Assembly: GCF_006345805.1 (NCBI RefSeq)
Contig: NC_043017.1
Location: 14,570,001 to 14,634,000, forward strand
Length of the DNA stretch: 64,000 bases
From: Octopus sinensis
Taxonomy: Eukaryota
Reading direction: 5' to 3'
Shown: positions 14,313 to 28,261 of the stretch, one piece after another
Numbering within the stretch: position 1 is the stretch's first letter
Layout: each line of letters starts with the position of its first letter
Program-made: the position numbers and the translations under genes
The notes under the pieces: generated by a model
The model's database searches: none
Seen by the model: the letters and a program-made list of their open reading frames with translations, nothing else
What the model was told of the DNA's origin: nothing

Positions 14313-14529
14313 TTAACCCTTCAACATTCAAACTGGTCGTATCAGAGGCAAATATTCAACCTGTTTCATGTCAAATGAATCAGGTCAGGCCTCTCACACC
14401 TATCCTACAATGTCATTAACAATCACTTCATCAAAATCTCAAAGCTACAAGATAATGTGGGATTAATTCAAAACAATGTGATTCTAAATTCTAAATTTGA
14501 CAGAGTAATTCTGAATGCTAAATGGTTAA
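14313..14529. mobile_element. piggyBac-like MITE
   Basis: TTAA-CCCTTCAACATTCA ... TGAATGCTAAATGG-TTAA: TTAA flanks with imperfect short TIRs. Confidence 0.5.
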
Positions 14530-14606
14530 ATGTAGCTAATCTGTGACTTGCTGATTAATTTAAATCAGTGTGTGTGTATGCACACATGCACGCACACACG
14601 CACGTG

Positions 14607-14645
<39 letters not shown>

Positions 14646-15065
14646 CAAGTGTCTTTCAGATTCTCTCAATTAAATCCATTCACATGGTGCAGGTCTGTAG
14701 TAGAAGGCACCTTCTCAAGAGGCTGCTCTGCAGTGGGATTGAACCCAGGACTACATGGTGGGGAAGCTGATTTCTTAATCATACAGCCACACCTGCACCT
14801 ATATATATATATATATATATATATATCATCACCCTCATCCTCATTTAACGTCTATTTCCCATGCTGGTATGGGTTGGACAGTTTGGTGCTGGCAAGTCAG
14901 AAGACTGCATCAAGCTCTCATGTCTGTTTTGGCTTGGTTTCTATGGCTGGATGCGCTTCCTAATGCCAACTGCTTTACAGGGTATATTGGGTGCATTTTA
15001 CAAGGCACTAGCAGCAATGAGGTCACCAAATTAACTTTCACACATGCACGCGCACACACACATGC

Positions 15066-15098
<33 letters not shown>

Positions 15099-17360
15099 TT
15101 TACCTGTAAATGTGAGCAGCCATGTAGCAACTCCTCTACAACAAACCTTCTCTGCCCCTCACTGCCTTCCCATACTTTAACTTTCATCATCTTGCATAAA
15201 GCGCATCCCCCGCCAAGTTTTGTAGTTTAGCTTCATGCTAACCTCACCAGTGCAGCCGGCAACAGAAAACGCATCCAGTCCACACTGTAAAGTGATTGGC
15301 TTTAGGAAGGGTAGCCAGTTGTAGAGATCATGTGAAAACAGATACATGATGACGATGCCTCATCTTATACCTGCCAAATCCTGTCAAGCTGTCCAACACA
15401 TGAAGCTTGGAACCCAGACATGTGATGACGATGACGATGACAGAGGAAGTTAAGATGGTCAGAGAATTTGATATAAAAGTTGTAATATTCTCAGAAATTC
15501 TACCATTTTTCTGTTGCATCAGTCAGCAAACATTTGAGGAGGTGAAGAGATCAGTGACCCCCTAAGAAGTTCTGTTATAAAGAAATGGTAAAATTAACTT
15601 TCTGTGGTATTAATTAACCTTAATGCGTCATATTTCATTTTACCCAAATATTGATCAAATCATTGTCACTTTCTGCTAATTAAATATATTTTTGTTAATA
15701 ATTCTTTTCAAACTGTTAATTTAGGGCTGCCAAGTTCCACTGCCTTCTGACAATAAGACAATAAAACCAAATTCTACCAAATAATATGGGTTTCAAATTT
15801 TGGTACAGGGCCAGCAATTTTGGGGGAGGGTAAAAATGGATTGCATCAACTCCAGGACTCAACTAGAACTAATTTTATTGATTCTGAAAGGATGAAAGGT
15901 AAAGTCGACTTCAGTGGAATTTGAACTCATAACTTAAAGATGGATGAAATGCTTTTTGCCCAACCTGCTAATGCTTCTGCCAGCTTCTTCTACAAAGTAT
16001 TCTATGAAAAGGACAGAGAAAGCCATGATATTTCCCTCTGGCACATTATACTTTTATATAGAGAAGACACAATACTGACACAGCCTGGTAAAGACTTGTC
16101 CTTTAATTATCAAATACAGTCTCATTTCTAAAATGGACATTAGCAGACTTTGGTAAAAGAAACTTGTCTCTTAATTATTAATGTGGCATTATGAAGCGTA
16201 GTTCCAATAGGCTGTAGTTGGGTTAAAATAAAGTTGGGCAGCCATGCAAAGTTGGTGGAAGAAAGGACAAGAGGCTGCACTGGAATGTTACTTCGTTTTG
16301 GGTTACAGAAGATGCAGGATTCATGTTTCATAGGCAGCCTTCTGTGGTCTTTTAGGCATCCAAAGGGGTTTTAAGCCAATGTATTAGAAGTAGTGTTTAT
16401 ACCTGATTTCACTTCACATCATAGAATTAACAAAAACGTTTTCACAGATTTCTCAATGCTTTTATGTTTGAGATGAAAATGGAAATCTGCTGATTCCGGG
16501 CAGAACAATGATGCAGTTTGGTCATTTAAGATAATGCTTAACTCCAAATGAATCTGCTCATACATGCACAACCTGTTCTCAGTAAGGGATATTGTGTTTT
16601 TATTCAGTATTTAATATATCACCTGCTTATACCATTAGGGGTGTATATGAGGGTGAGGATGAGGCATTCGATGTATAACCTCGTTTTACACCTCCACCTC
16701 ATATATTCATTTAAAGCACTCCAATCTGTTTCAAGAGTTTAAATCACATCTCCTTTGGGGAATACCTATTTCCCTTTCAACCACCAAAGTCAGAGATCTC
16801 CTTAATAAAAAAGGGTCACAACTATTGATTGCTCTGCTTCCTTTCACTAAGTCACAAAAGTCACAATACAAAAGCAATAAGAACCAGTAGGAAGTGAGGA
16901 AGAACATTCTCCACGTTTTTCAGTTTTGTTTCCATCACAGAACAACCACGTCAACCTTACAGAGTTTCTCTTTTATTGTCAGAGTGAATTGTCTCTAATT
17001 GAAGTTGACTGATTGCATTAATGTTATTAAGGTCATTAGCAGGACACATGTCATGAATTAAATATTTTTAATCAATTTTCAGACAAGAAACACACAAACA
17101 ATCCAAGCTATTATATATTCAACATTTACAAATTTGATGAACTTGGGTCAAAAGACCAACTGGGGAAAAGGAAAAAGAACAAAAACAATTTCAAAAAGAC
17201 AAGGTAAAAAAGGCAGCTGAATAACAAGGAAGAGAGAGAGAATGGTAGACTGGATTGGTGTCTATCAGCGTTAGTAGAGTAGAGTAACAACCATAAAACT
17301 GGCTGTAACATATATAAGTTATATATATATGAATGGTATATGTGTGTGTAACTAGATAGA

Positions 17361-17680
<320 letters not shown>

Positions 17681-19134
17681 ACCCAAAGCTAGATCTGTTT
17701 CACTAATATCAGCTCCCCTCTTTGTCCATTCAATCTGAACAGACACAGACAACCAAACCTAAACATAATATCTCTCTTCTACTCCATAATACTCAAACAA
17801 ATATCATTTATCACCAATCCATGCAATTTTGCCTCTCATTACCACTGCTTAAGTGGGGATAAATGTTACCCTCACTATTAATAATACTGGTCCTGTTGCT
17901 AATACATATCTTGATGCAAAATATTTGCAACGTAGTGAAATTAAATTACATTGATTCAGTTTTATATATTGTTCTGAATACAGACAAATAGCTTGCATTG
18001 TATTTATTTTTTTTGCATTTGTTGTTGTTGCAGTTGTTTTAGTTTAACCCTAGGTCAGCCCTGAATGAGCAAACATATCACAAGAGACAATCCTCCAGTG
18101 ACAGTGCTGTCATTTTTCCACACCCAAAACAACATTGCTCAGTGTAGTCATATTTCACAAGATGATGCAATTTGAAAAAGGATTAGCTGCTATTTCTAGT
18201 AGGTTAATGGATTATGAATTAGTTTCCAGGTCAGATTGTGGATTTGGAATTTACAGAGATTAACATGTTTCTAAGCAACATCATCGCTTCGTAGCACTGC
18301 CACCATGTTGGTTACTTCATGTCAACAGCAATGTCTCAGATACATGAAGCTTTGTCAACAATCTATTAACATGAACATGTTGCCTACATGGTGACCTATT
18401 GTCAACAACATTTATTATGTCAACAGTATTATCTTCATTAATTTCTCTCTCTCTTTCTCTCTCTATACATACACACATCTGTCTGTCTGTCTGTTTCTCT
18501 TCCTACCTGTCTATCTAGAGATCAACTTCAACCAGTCTAAAAAAGGCCCCCATTTTACAGCTGAGTAGCATGATAAAATACTATTTCAAACATCTCTGAA
18601 AAAGATGTCTTTATTTCTTTCTTTTTCTTCTTTCCTTCCTTCCTTTGTTGTTCTTTCTTTCTTCCTGTTTGTCTTTCCTTTTTCCTCCATCTAACCAAGC
18701 CTCCAAAAATTCAACACACATACATACACACACAGAGACACACACACACAAGCATAGATTCAATATAACAAAGAACATTCTCTTTCTAATTCAACTCCAA
18801 ATTTTTCCAACAACTCACAAAAAGCTGCTACTTCCCATTCATCAAAGATTTGTGATATAGAATGGAGTAAAATTGTGATGACACATGTAACATATGAAAA
18901 TATATATATTAAATAATATATTACATGTACCATCACAGTTTTATTTCATTCTGTATTACAACTGCCCAATAGATGAGAATGTGAAACTGTGATTAGCAGT
19001 TTTTAGTAATGTTTTTGCAGCTCTAATAAAATAGTAAATATGTATAACAAAGTAAAGTTGGGGGTTACTGTACGAGTAAAAATATAAGGAAAAGAATCTG
19101 AAAATGCAGGAGTCTTTCACAATTACTTATTAAC

Positions 19135-19852
19135 TTAACCAGTTGCACTTATTTAAAAAGATTTTCAAAGGTAAGGTATGAAGCTTTGTGTATCCTCTGT
19201 GTTTTTCAAAAAAGGTGGCTTAGAATTGCCTTCTCTTTAAAAGCAGTGTGGGTGGTTGATCAAAAGGTAGACCCTGATTGCTCTAATTTCAAATAGTTGT
19301 TGTGGAGCCAAGAAAGGCTTGTTTAGTGAGCTGGTTCTGTTATGGTTCAGTAGTTTTGGCTGGTGTTTTGGGGTTCATATGTATGACTAATAAGTAAAGA
19401 ATGGTGTGTATTGCTATCAACTACCCACACTGATTTTAAAGAGAAAACAATTCTAAACCACCTTTTTTAAAAAATAAAACTATCTTTTGATCATGTGACT
19501 GCCATCAACAAATCACATTGTTTTTTAAAAAGAAGGCAATTTTGAATCACCATTTCTGCATAAGAAAGTAGTAACTGTGAAACTCCATCCAGATGTGAGA
19601 TCCTACAGCCAGATCTGAGAACTATAAATGGTCTGTTATTTTTTCGCTTTAAACAATTATGGTTTCTGATCACAGTGAGACTAAAACTTTAGCACCCACT
19701 CATTGACAAACCAGACACATTTTACCTTCTTCTCAAGGACTCTATTACTTGATTTGGATATATTTATGTAAATTAATTGTTGATACCACAGAGGATACAT
19801 GAGGCCTGATACCTTACTTTTGAAAATCTTTTTAAACAAGTCAAACCGTTAA
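19135..19852. mobile_element. piggyBac-like MITE with a nested inverted-repeat element (~19210-19468)
   Basis: TTAA at both ends; outer ~65-bp imperfect TIRs (AAAAGATTTTCAAAGGTAAGGTAT...TATCCTCTGTG); inner ~55-bp TIR pair GGTGGCTTAGAATTG / CAATTCTAAACCACC. Confidence 0.55.
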
Positions 19853-19897
19853 TAAATTCTTTTAAAAGACTCCTTCATTTTCAGTTCCTTTTCCTTA

Positions 19898-19975
<78 letters not shown>

Positions 19976-20239
19976 AGTAGAAATATGTTACGAAAAGAAA
20001 ATATAAAATACACGTGGAAATGTAAGGGTAAAACATGAAAAATCAACGAAAATGCATATTGCAACTAGAAAAAGGCTGTTTATGACAGGTAGTGACAAAT
20101 ATATACATTTAGATTAACTGAAGTAGTAATACGAGTCATAAAGGTCATTATTAAGAGGTGATTATAAGATGATAATAAAGTAAGAGAAGAAAACGAACCA
20201 GTGGTTTACGCCACGAAGGTTATTCATCATTATGTATAT

Positions 20240-20997
<758 letters not shown>

Positions 20998-21037
20998 TAT
21001 ATATATATATGTATATACATATACATATATATATATG

Positions 21038-21118
<81 letters not shown>

Positions 21119-21147
21119 TATATCTATATGTATATGTATATATATAC

Positions 21148-21204
<57 letters not shown>

Positions 21205-21340
21205 GTATGTATATATACACACATATATACACATACTTCTATCTAAATTACGAACAATTATATTGCATGTGGTTAAACGATCTAAAGTATATTTTTCAGC
21301 ATATTGGCATAGGAAATTTTTTCTTTTGCCCTTATTTATA

Positions 21341-21374
<34 letters not shown>

Positions 21375-22354
21375 TATGTGGGTAGAGGATGTCATGAAAC
21401 GTGTACAACAAAAAGTACGAAGCACGAGAGTACATGGAACATGAACTGTTCTTTCAAACAACGAAAGACACAAATGGGAAATAAAAAAACAACATAAAGA
21501 ATGACCCTTCATCAGTTGCTGGTTGTTTTTCTACTCTCGTATTTCGAGCATTTAACAACAATATACGTTTTCAAGAAAACAGTTGCTCCCGCAAATCAAA
21601 TTAAATAAAATTTAAGATTTTGCGGAGGGTCAAAATAGGTAACACAAACAGGAAGGCCTGCTAAGCCTAAACGAAGTTGTGGTAGCGAACGCGTAAATCA
21701 CGCTAGGACAGGAGACAAACAAGAACACGTCTTCCTTGTTCCAGCTACAACGGAAAGAAAGAAAGAAGATAGCCGATGGTCACGTGGGAACCACGTTAAC
21801 AAGGGAGGAGGAGTGAGGAAGAGAGAATGACAGAATAATGGGATAGAAAGGGGGAGAAGAGGAGGTAAAAGAATAAGAGAGAGAAAAACGAAAGAGTAAA
21901 AAGTACTTATAGAGTGCGCATCAAACATTCAAATTGTTTGCAGATTCTGAGAACAGTGATAGTATTTCTTCCGTTGGGAACTAATCCATACAAGTTTTTT
22001 TTTTATGTTTTCCTTTTACGTTACCTATTACCAATGCTGGAATTGGTTGGACACGAACCATTGGAGTAGTATTTTATGGATGGATGCCTCTTCTTGATGC
22101 TGAACCTATTTTTCTAGGTGCCACGTAAATAGAACACAGTACAATTTGTAAAGTAGTTGGCATTAGGAAAAGCATCCAGTTGCAAAACCATGCCAAAGCA
22201 AACAATTTGGAGCCTGACGTGAAGCTCTCTTGTTGCACGTGACAAATAGGTTTAACAAGGTTTATGCACGGAAATCCTGTCAAACCATTCAATGCATGCC
22301 AGCATCATGCGAAACGGACGTTAAGTGATGTTGATATTTAATGATGATATTGAT

Positions 22355-22484
<130 letters not shown>

Positions 22485-22491
22485 CACACAC

Positions 22492-22525
<34 letters not shown>

Positions 22526-22534
22526 CACACATAT

Positions 22535-22592
<58 letters not shown>

Positions 22593-23749
22593 TGTATGTA
22601 TACATATCTGTGCGTGCCATTACACACGCGCGCGCGTGCATGTTTGACGCTCAAAAGCCGCAACACACGTCCTACCTGTTTCGGGTATTACACATGACAA
22701 ATATGTTCGGCAAGTGTTATACACGTAACTCAAACACCAAAGCAACTACTAGAGCGTGGAATGGTTATTTATTTTCCCAGCTCTACACACGGAAAGACCG
22801 AACGAGGAAGAGCTTGATTGTAAACTGTCATTTTCGATTCTTTTCAACTGCCGAGAGAGAGTATTTCTCACTGAAGCTAATGCTGTTTATCGATCGAACC
22901 AGTTTTACAGAGAGAAAAAAAAATTAAGAGCACAGCTTTTACTACTACTACTACTACTACTACTACTCTACTACTACTACTACTAAATAATAACAACAAC
23001 AACAACAACAATTATAATAATAACTACCAGAACGAAATAACACAGAAATCAACCTATTTTTTACTGAAAACACAACACATGCTAGGCTCTTTAGCAAGTC
23101 TAGTTTTCAGGGATAATCACTAATTTTCATCTGCTGAAATACAAATAGAAAAGGAAAAAAATATTGTTCGATATTTCTAACGAAAGACCGATCCTTTTAC
23201 AAGAATGACTAAAATTCCTTTGAATAAATAGTTTTAAAAAAAAACTTGTTCTTTTTTTCCCCCCCTCTTCTGATATAGTTTCTAATTTTCTCTATCTCAA
23301 TAGAGACCCTACCTCCGCCATGTCTCACTCTCTCTCTCTCTCTCTCACGAAAGATTTCACTGTTCTTTCTTTTACAATAGCGTTCCCAATTATTATTCTG
23401 TCGTAGTAGAGGTCCCAGTTCTGTCTGTTATAAAAGTGTTCTCAATTATCTTTCTGTTACATGAGAGGGGTCCCCGTTCTCTCGGAGAGTTATCCTACTT
23501 TAAAGTAAAATTGAAATGCAGTGAGTATTTGAAGACAGAAATTAAAATATTCCGACACGGAAAACGTATGAATAATCTGGAAATTGCGTTCTGCATTCGT
23601 ATTGCATTCAAGTTGTACACGAAATCCAGATCATGTATAAATATCTTCAACCGAAACTGTTTCCTTTATTCCCTCTTTATTTAGATTTAACTTTGGTTTT
23701 GAAGTAGAAGTAAAACGCTCAGAATTCCAGTACTTTTAATACTGTGTGA

Positions 23750-23895
23750 CAAGGCCGGCTCAAGGCACCGGTAACTTGGGCAGTAGCCTGGGGCGCTATG
23801 TGCTAGGGGGCACCAAGGAAATGTCCACGACCGTCACCTTGTACATGCCGAAGTCCAGCTTGCCCGGGGCACTAGCGACCCCAGGGCCGGCCCTG
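23750..23895. mobile_element. hAT (Tip100-like) MITE, 146 bp
   Basis: TIRs CAAGGCCGGC / GCCGGCCCTG; perfect 8-bp TSD CTGTGTGA at 23742-23749 and 23896-23903. Confidence 0.9.
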
Positions 23896-24380
23896 CTGTG
23901 TGATTTGGTGTTTTGAGCATATATTAACACATAATACATATATGGCCTTCTTGTCTTTTATATACAAAAAACTAAATAGATTTCTTTGTTTCAGTTTTAA
24001 GTTTCAATCTTCGAATTTTATACGAGACTGAATCGCATCTTAAAGTAGGAGTGTGCCCAGCAGTGCTTCCAGTACCCTCTCTAGTATAATAGGGGTCCTA
24101 GATCTGTTTTCTTAATGATACAAATTCCTGTTTCTCATTTATATTAGACTTCCTAATCCTCTGTTATCATACAAACGATGTCACATTACGGTCGGTGTTA
24201 GGGATGCTGAGGTTCCTAGATCCGAGAGATCCATGGGTTTATGAATAATACGATTTCGTCATAATTCGATGGCGGCGGTCAATATGGGAAAATATTTAGA
24301 CCCATAAACATCTAAAGATAGTTTTGGGTACAATTATTTTTAATTGCAATCTGTGACGTAAATATTTGTCCTCAGAATAA

Positions 24381-24590
24381 GGCGGCGATCTGGCAGAGTC
24401 GTTAGCACGCCGGGACAAAATGCTTAGCGGCATTTTGTCCATCTTTACGTTCTGGGTTCAAATGCCATCGGAGTCGACTTTGCTTTCATCCTTTCAGGGT
24501 CGATAAAATAAGTACTTAGTTGAACAATGGGGTCCATTTACCCGCTCCTCTGAAAGTGGTGGCCTTTGCCAAAATTTGATATCAATACAC
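24381..24590 (+). mobile_element. tRNA-derived SINE, family B
   Basis: GGCGGCGATCTGGCAGAGTCGTTAG head, GGTTCAAATGCC B-box-like motif, TTTCATCCTTTCAGGGTCGATAAAATAAGTAC central domain; many partial copies elsewhere in the window. Confidence 0.8.
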
Positions 24591-24615
24591 ACACACCACA
24601 CACACACACACACAA

Positions 24616-24649
<34 letters not shown>

Positions 24650-24750
24650 CCTCTCTCTCTCCCTCTCTCTCTCTCTCTCTGAAACATTAAATTAATTTAT
24701 AAAACTTCGTTCTTCCTAAGTTTTCTTAATATTTCTTGTTTTTACACGTT

Positions 24751-24793
<43 letters not shown>

Positions 24794-25419
24794 TGTGTGT
24801 GTGTGTGCACGTGCCTGCTTTAATAAAATGAAACTCCCACCCAACCCAAATCCTTCTTTGTGGCCATTTTTTTTTATTGAAATCTTTTTATCGTCTGATG
24901 AGTCAAATGTCCACCGTCGAAGCACAGCTAGGGCTGAATTGTTGAACCTTTTATGCAATAAACACCTATGGCTGGAGTTCAATGCCATTGTGCGACAGTT
25001 TGGACAAATGTCATCTAATATAGCCTCCGGTTGATTAATAACCAATGGTTGGAATTTGAAAGAACGGAAGGGTTCTATTGAGAGGAATTAACGAGAAAGA
25101 ATCTTTTCTGGGTCGTCGACCTGCTAGTAATAACAACTAGTGAAATCATTCCAATGTCACGCCACTCCGGCTTAAACCCAATGCATGTCCATTTAACTAC
25201 GATAGTTGCCTAGGTTCTCTGTGTAGTAGCTTGAGTGTGTGCAGCCCGGGGCAGTCTTGAATCTGCTCCACCTGTGTACAGGTTTTTACACAATACCCCA
25301 AAGCGTCGCTCCCTCACCTCACCCTACTGCTAGTCACGCAGCTGTATTTCCTATTTATACTAATCACGGCTACAACTGTCTGCGTTGCATATGGCGATAC
25401 TTACAAACTAAATAGTCAA

Positions 25420-25960
25420 GGTTTAACTATTCCTTTATCCCCTCCTTCATGCGGTTGTGTTGCCTTTATCTCTCCCCATCTGATTCTGTTGATGCGAGCG
25501 CTTCTTTGATGGGAAACACCCTGTCAATATGTACTGGTTGCAACAGGGAGATAAATGTGGTGGGAACCGGGGCCTTTAGTTCTGCAGCAGAGTAATTCGA
25601 TTCAGAAAGTTTCAGAGAAGACCGTTTACAGTTCAAACAAAATTCCAACTCACATCAAGGTGCCGTTACTTTCTACCTGTGCTAAGTTTTCTAGTGTTAG
25701 GGCTGAGGTTTTGCCAGAGGGGAGCATCAGTAACTTACTGAGCTCGGATGGGGTTTACATCTCCATCGCTCTCAGAGTTGATTCTAGAGGGTCTTCATGA
25801 ACTGTCATGTCGATGAATGCGAATTAATTTGGTCACCAAAACAATACAAACTTGGTTATTAAACGATTCCTCATCAGGGCAAATATTCCTTCAATTCTGG
25901 AGCCAATGAGATTGTCCGAAATGATGGGAAGACGTCCAACAAATTTACTCTTTACCTGAG
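25420..25960. mobile_element. Possible Penelope-like relic
   Basis: Weak, frameshifted similarity to PLE C-terminal/GIY-YIG region (C-x-x-D-E-C...H..QG); orientation ambiguous. Confidence 0.25.
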
Positions 25961-26014
25961 AACTATTCTTTTACGTGACGTTACAATTAACGAAGATTTC
26001 ACTCCATTACGTAC

Positions 26015-26059
26015 CCTGGGTGCCAAAGAGGAAGCGGCGTGGGTTTGCTGCGTCTGTAG
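26015..26059 (-). CDS. Candidate second coding exon (45 bp) of the unknown minus-strand gene
   Basis: Acceptor TTTCTGTATCTTATTCCGTTCAG, donor G|GTACGT; phase-2 entry matches exon 1 and reads (S)YRRSKPTPLPLWHP(G) without a stop. Confidence 0.4.
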
Positions 26060-26467
26060 CTGAACGGAATAAGATACAGAAATATTGAACTTTGTTGAAA
26101 GATTTTATTTTTCTGCCTGAGTCGTATAAAACATTCAACAGAAGCTGGGTCGCTAACACTGAAGGTTTAGTCAACTTTGGCGCTTCGTCTTGCCAAAGAA
26201 TCAGGTGACACTTGTGAGAGTTTTGGGCTGTTCCGGCATCTTAGCCTCGCCATCACCCATAATGATGTGCTTTGGATTGCCTCAAAATATTTCAGTGCGG
26301 AACACCCTGGTTCCATATCAGAGGGGGGGGGGGGGTGCACATTTCACTTATCTGTTTATTTTGTGTGTTTTTTTACTAATTTTGGCCGTTTGTGTTCATT
26401 TAGTAAATAATATTCTCGTATTAATCGATTATTCACATTCATAAGCATAATTATTACAGTGTGAGCA

Positions 26468-26525
<58 letters not shown>

Positions 26526-26604
26526 GTGTGTGTGTGTGTGTGTGTGGTGTGTGTGTGTGTGAATGCCTGTGTGTATGCATATATGTGTATATACAAATAT
26601 ATCT

Positions 26605-26911
26605 GTGTGTGTGTGTGTATCGTCAGTAGTTCATGTATCAGAAACAGAAGAACAATCTAAAGCATTAGAGCAGGAATGTGTTTTTAGGAGGTTAAAAGTT
26701 CTGTCGGTAATAGAGTGGCATTGGTTTCGCGCCTATGAAGCGCTTTGCAGTATAGGCGACTCATGCGCCTTCAGCCATCTGAGACGCGAAACCAATGCCA
26801 CTCTATTACCGGCCAGAACTTTTAACCTCCTAAAAACACATTCCTGCTCTAATGCTTTAGATAGTTCTTCTGTTTCTGATACATGAACTACTGACGATAC
26901 ACACACACACT
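26605..26911. repeat. Near-perfect ~300-bp foldback with a two-eared (Y-shaped) apex
   Basis: Arms GTATCGTCAGTAG...GGTTTCGCG / CGCGAAACC...CTACTGACGATAC extending into (TG)n and (CA)n; only two imperfect sites; apex has CCTAT..ATAGG and CTCA..TGAG sub-hairpins. Confidence 0.95.
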
Positions 26912-27000
26912 CACACACTCACACACTCACTCGTATATATCGGAACTATTGTGAGTGTCAGTAGAAAATAAATGATGGTAGACATAAAAGTCGAACTCAC

Positions 27001-27293
27001 CTCTGCTCCCGCCATTTTGTCAAATTAGAAGCAAATTGTTCAAATTTCTCCCTAAAAGTACGTTCATCTTTTTCTTCCTCTTCTTCTTCGTCGCTGTCTC
27101 CATTTTGGTCCTTTCTCACACATTTATTTGCTTTAATATCCCTTTTCGTTTGTTTTTCTCCACTCTCTTCCGCGTCTTCGTCTTTCTTCTTCTTCTTCTT
27201 CCCTTCTTTCTCCAGTTCATATTCAGTGGCGATTTCCAGTAGCGTCTTTGGCTTCGCCTCCTTAGATTCCGTATTGTTTGTAACAAAACTCAT
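27001..27293 (-). CDS. Probable first coding exon of an unidentified host gene (charged Lys/Glu/Asp-rich N-terminus)
   Basis: ATCA-ATG start, 97 open codons of non-microsatellite sequence (MSFVTNNTESKEAKPK...TFREKFEQFASNLTKWREQ) ending exactly at strong donor AG|GTGAGT; family not recognised. Confidence 0.6.
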
Positions 27294-28030
27294 TGATAAC
27301 AATATAGCTTATTTCAGCAGTTACTTCTCTCCCTCATGTATACTGCGCGTTAGTCGCAAACATATTACTATCGATGTAGACATCTAGTTATGTAATATAT
27401 ATATTATATATTGACAACTTTTTTTTCCGTCTTACAAGGGTAATATATATATATAGGTGGCTTTTTCGTGAAACTGGAGCAGAACATAGGATCATTTAAT
27501 TTAATTTGTTAAATAATTTTTGTCTGTCATGAATAATATATAAATTAAACGTTTACTTGTTTAGATCTACGTTAAAGAAAAAAACGAGAGATGCCTGTTA
27601 TATGGAATTGAAAAAATGAAATAAACCTTGTCTGGGTTGCAATACTTCTCAGTAACTCCGAAGCAACAGCTGTAAATGTAATTTGATCTAGCAGTTGAGA
27701 CAAATTAATCAGACTGATCGAACACCTGTCACCAACTTTAATGAGGTTTTGGCTGCCATCTTGTTTAATTTTGTATCCTTTTAGTATGATGTCAACTGAT
27801 ATTCCTCACTGGGCATTTTAAACCATTTTTATATAATTAAAACAACAAAATAAGTTGCTGTAACCATCTTATTAATAATTCTGTTTTAATTAAGTTGATA
27901 TTTCCATTTCTTTTGAATTTTTTCATTTGAACCGACCCCCCTCCCCCCACAAAAAAGCAAAACAATAACTGTTGATGTGATTGAGTGCTACATACTTTCT
28001 GTACGTGTGCTACGATGTCACATCTGTAAA

Positions 28031-28261
28031 ATAGTAATCCCTCGACTATCGCGGGTGTTACGTTCCACCCCCCCCCCCCGTGATAGGTGAAAATCCGCGA
28101 AGTAGAAACAGTACTGTACTGCATATTTTCTTTTACTATTTTTATAATTTGTATATATTTATCTCTTATTATAAATGCAAAACAACAGAACGGAGGAATC
28201 GGCGTAAGCTGGAATGATAAACCGCGATAGGTGAACCGCGATGTGGCGCTGGATTACTGTA
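28031..28261. mobile_element. pogo/Tigger-like (Tc1/mariner) MITE
   Basis: AGTAATCCCTCGACTATCGCGG ... CCGCGATGTGGCGCTGGATTACTG-TA terminal inverted repeats with TA flank. Confidence 0.7.

Noticed and set aside
24895-24930. CTGATGAG...GAAG hammerhead-like motif
   Set aside because: No stem II pairing and no GAAA.
26720-26800. Type III hammerhead reading of the hairpin apex (GUU / CUCAUGC / GAAAC)
   Set aside because: GAAAC is simply the palindromic partner of GTTTC, and the core deviates at essential positions (G5, A9).
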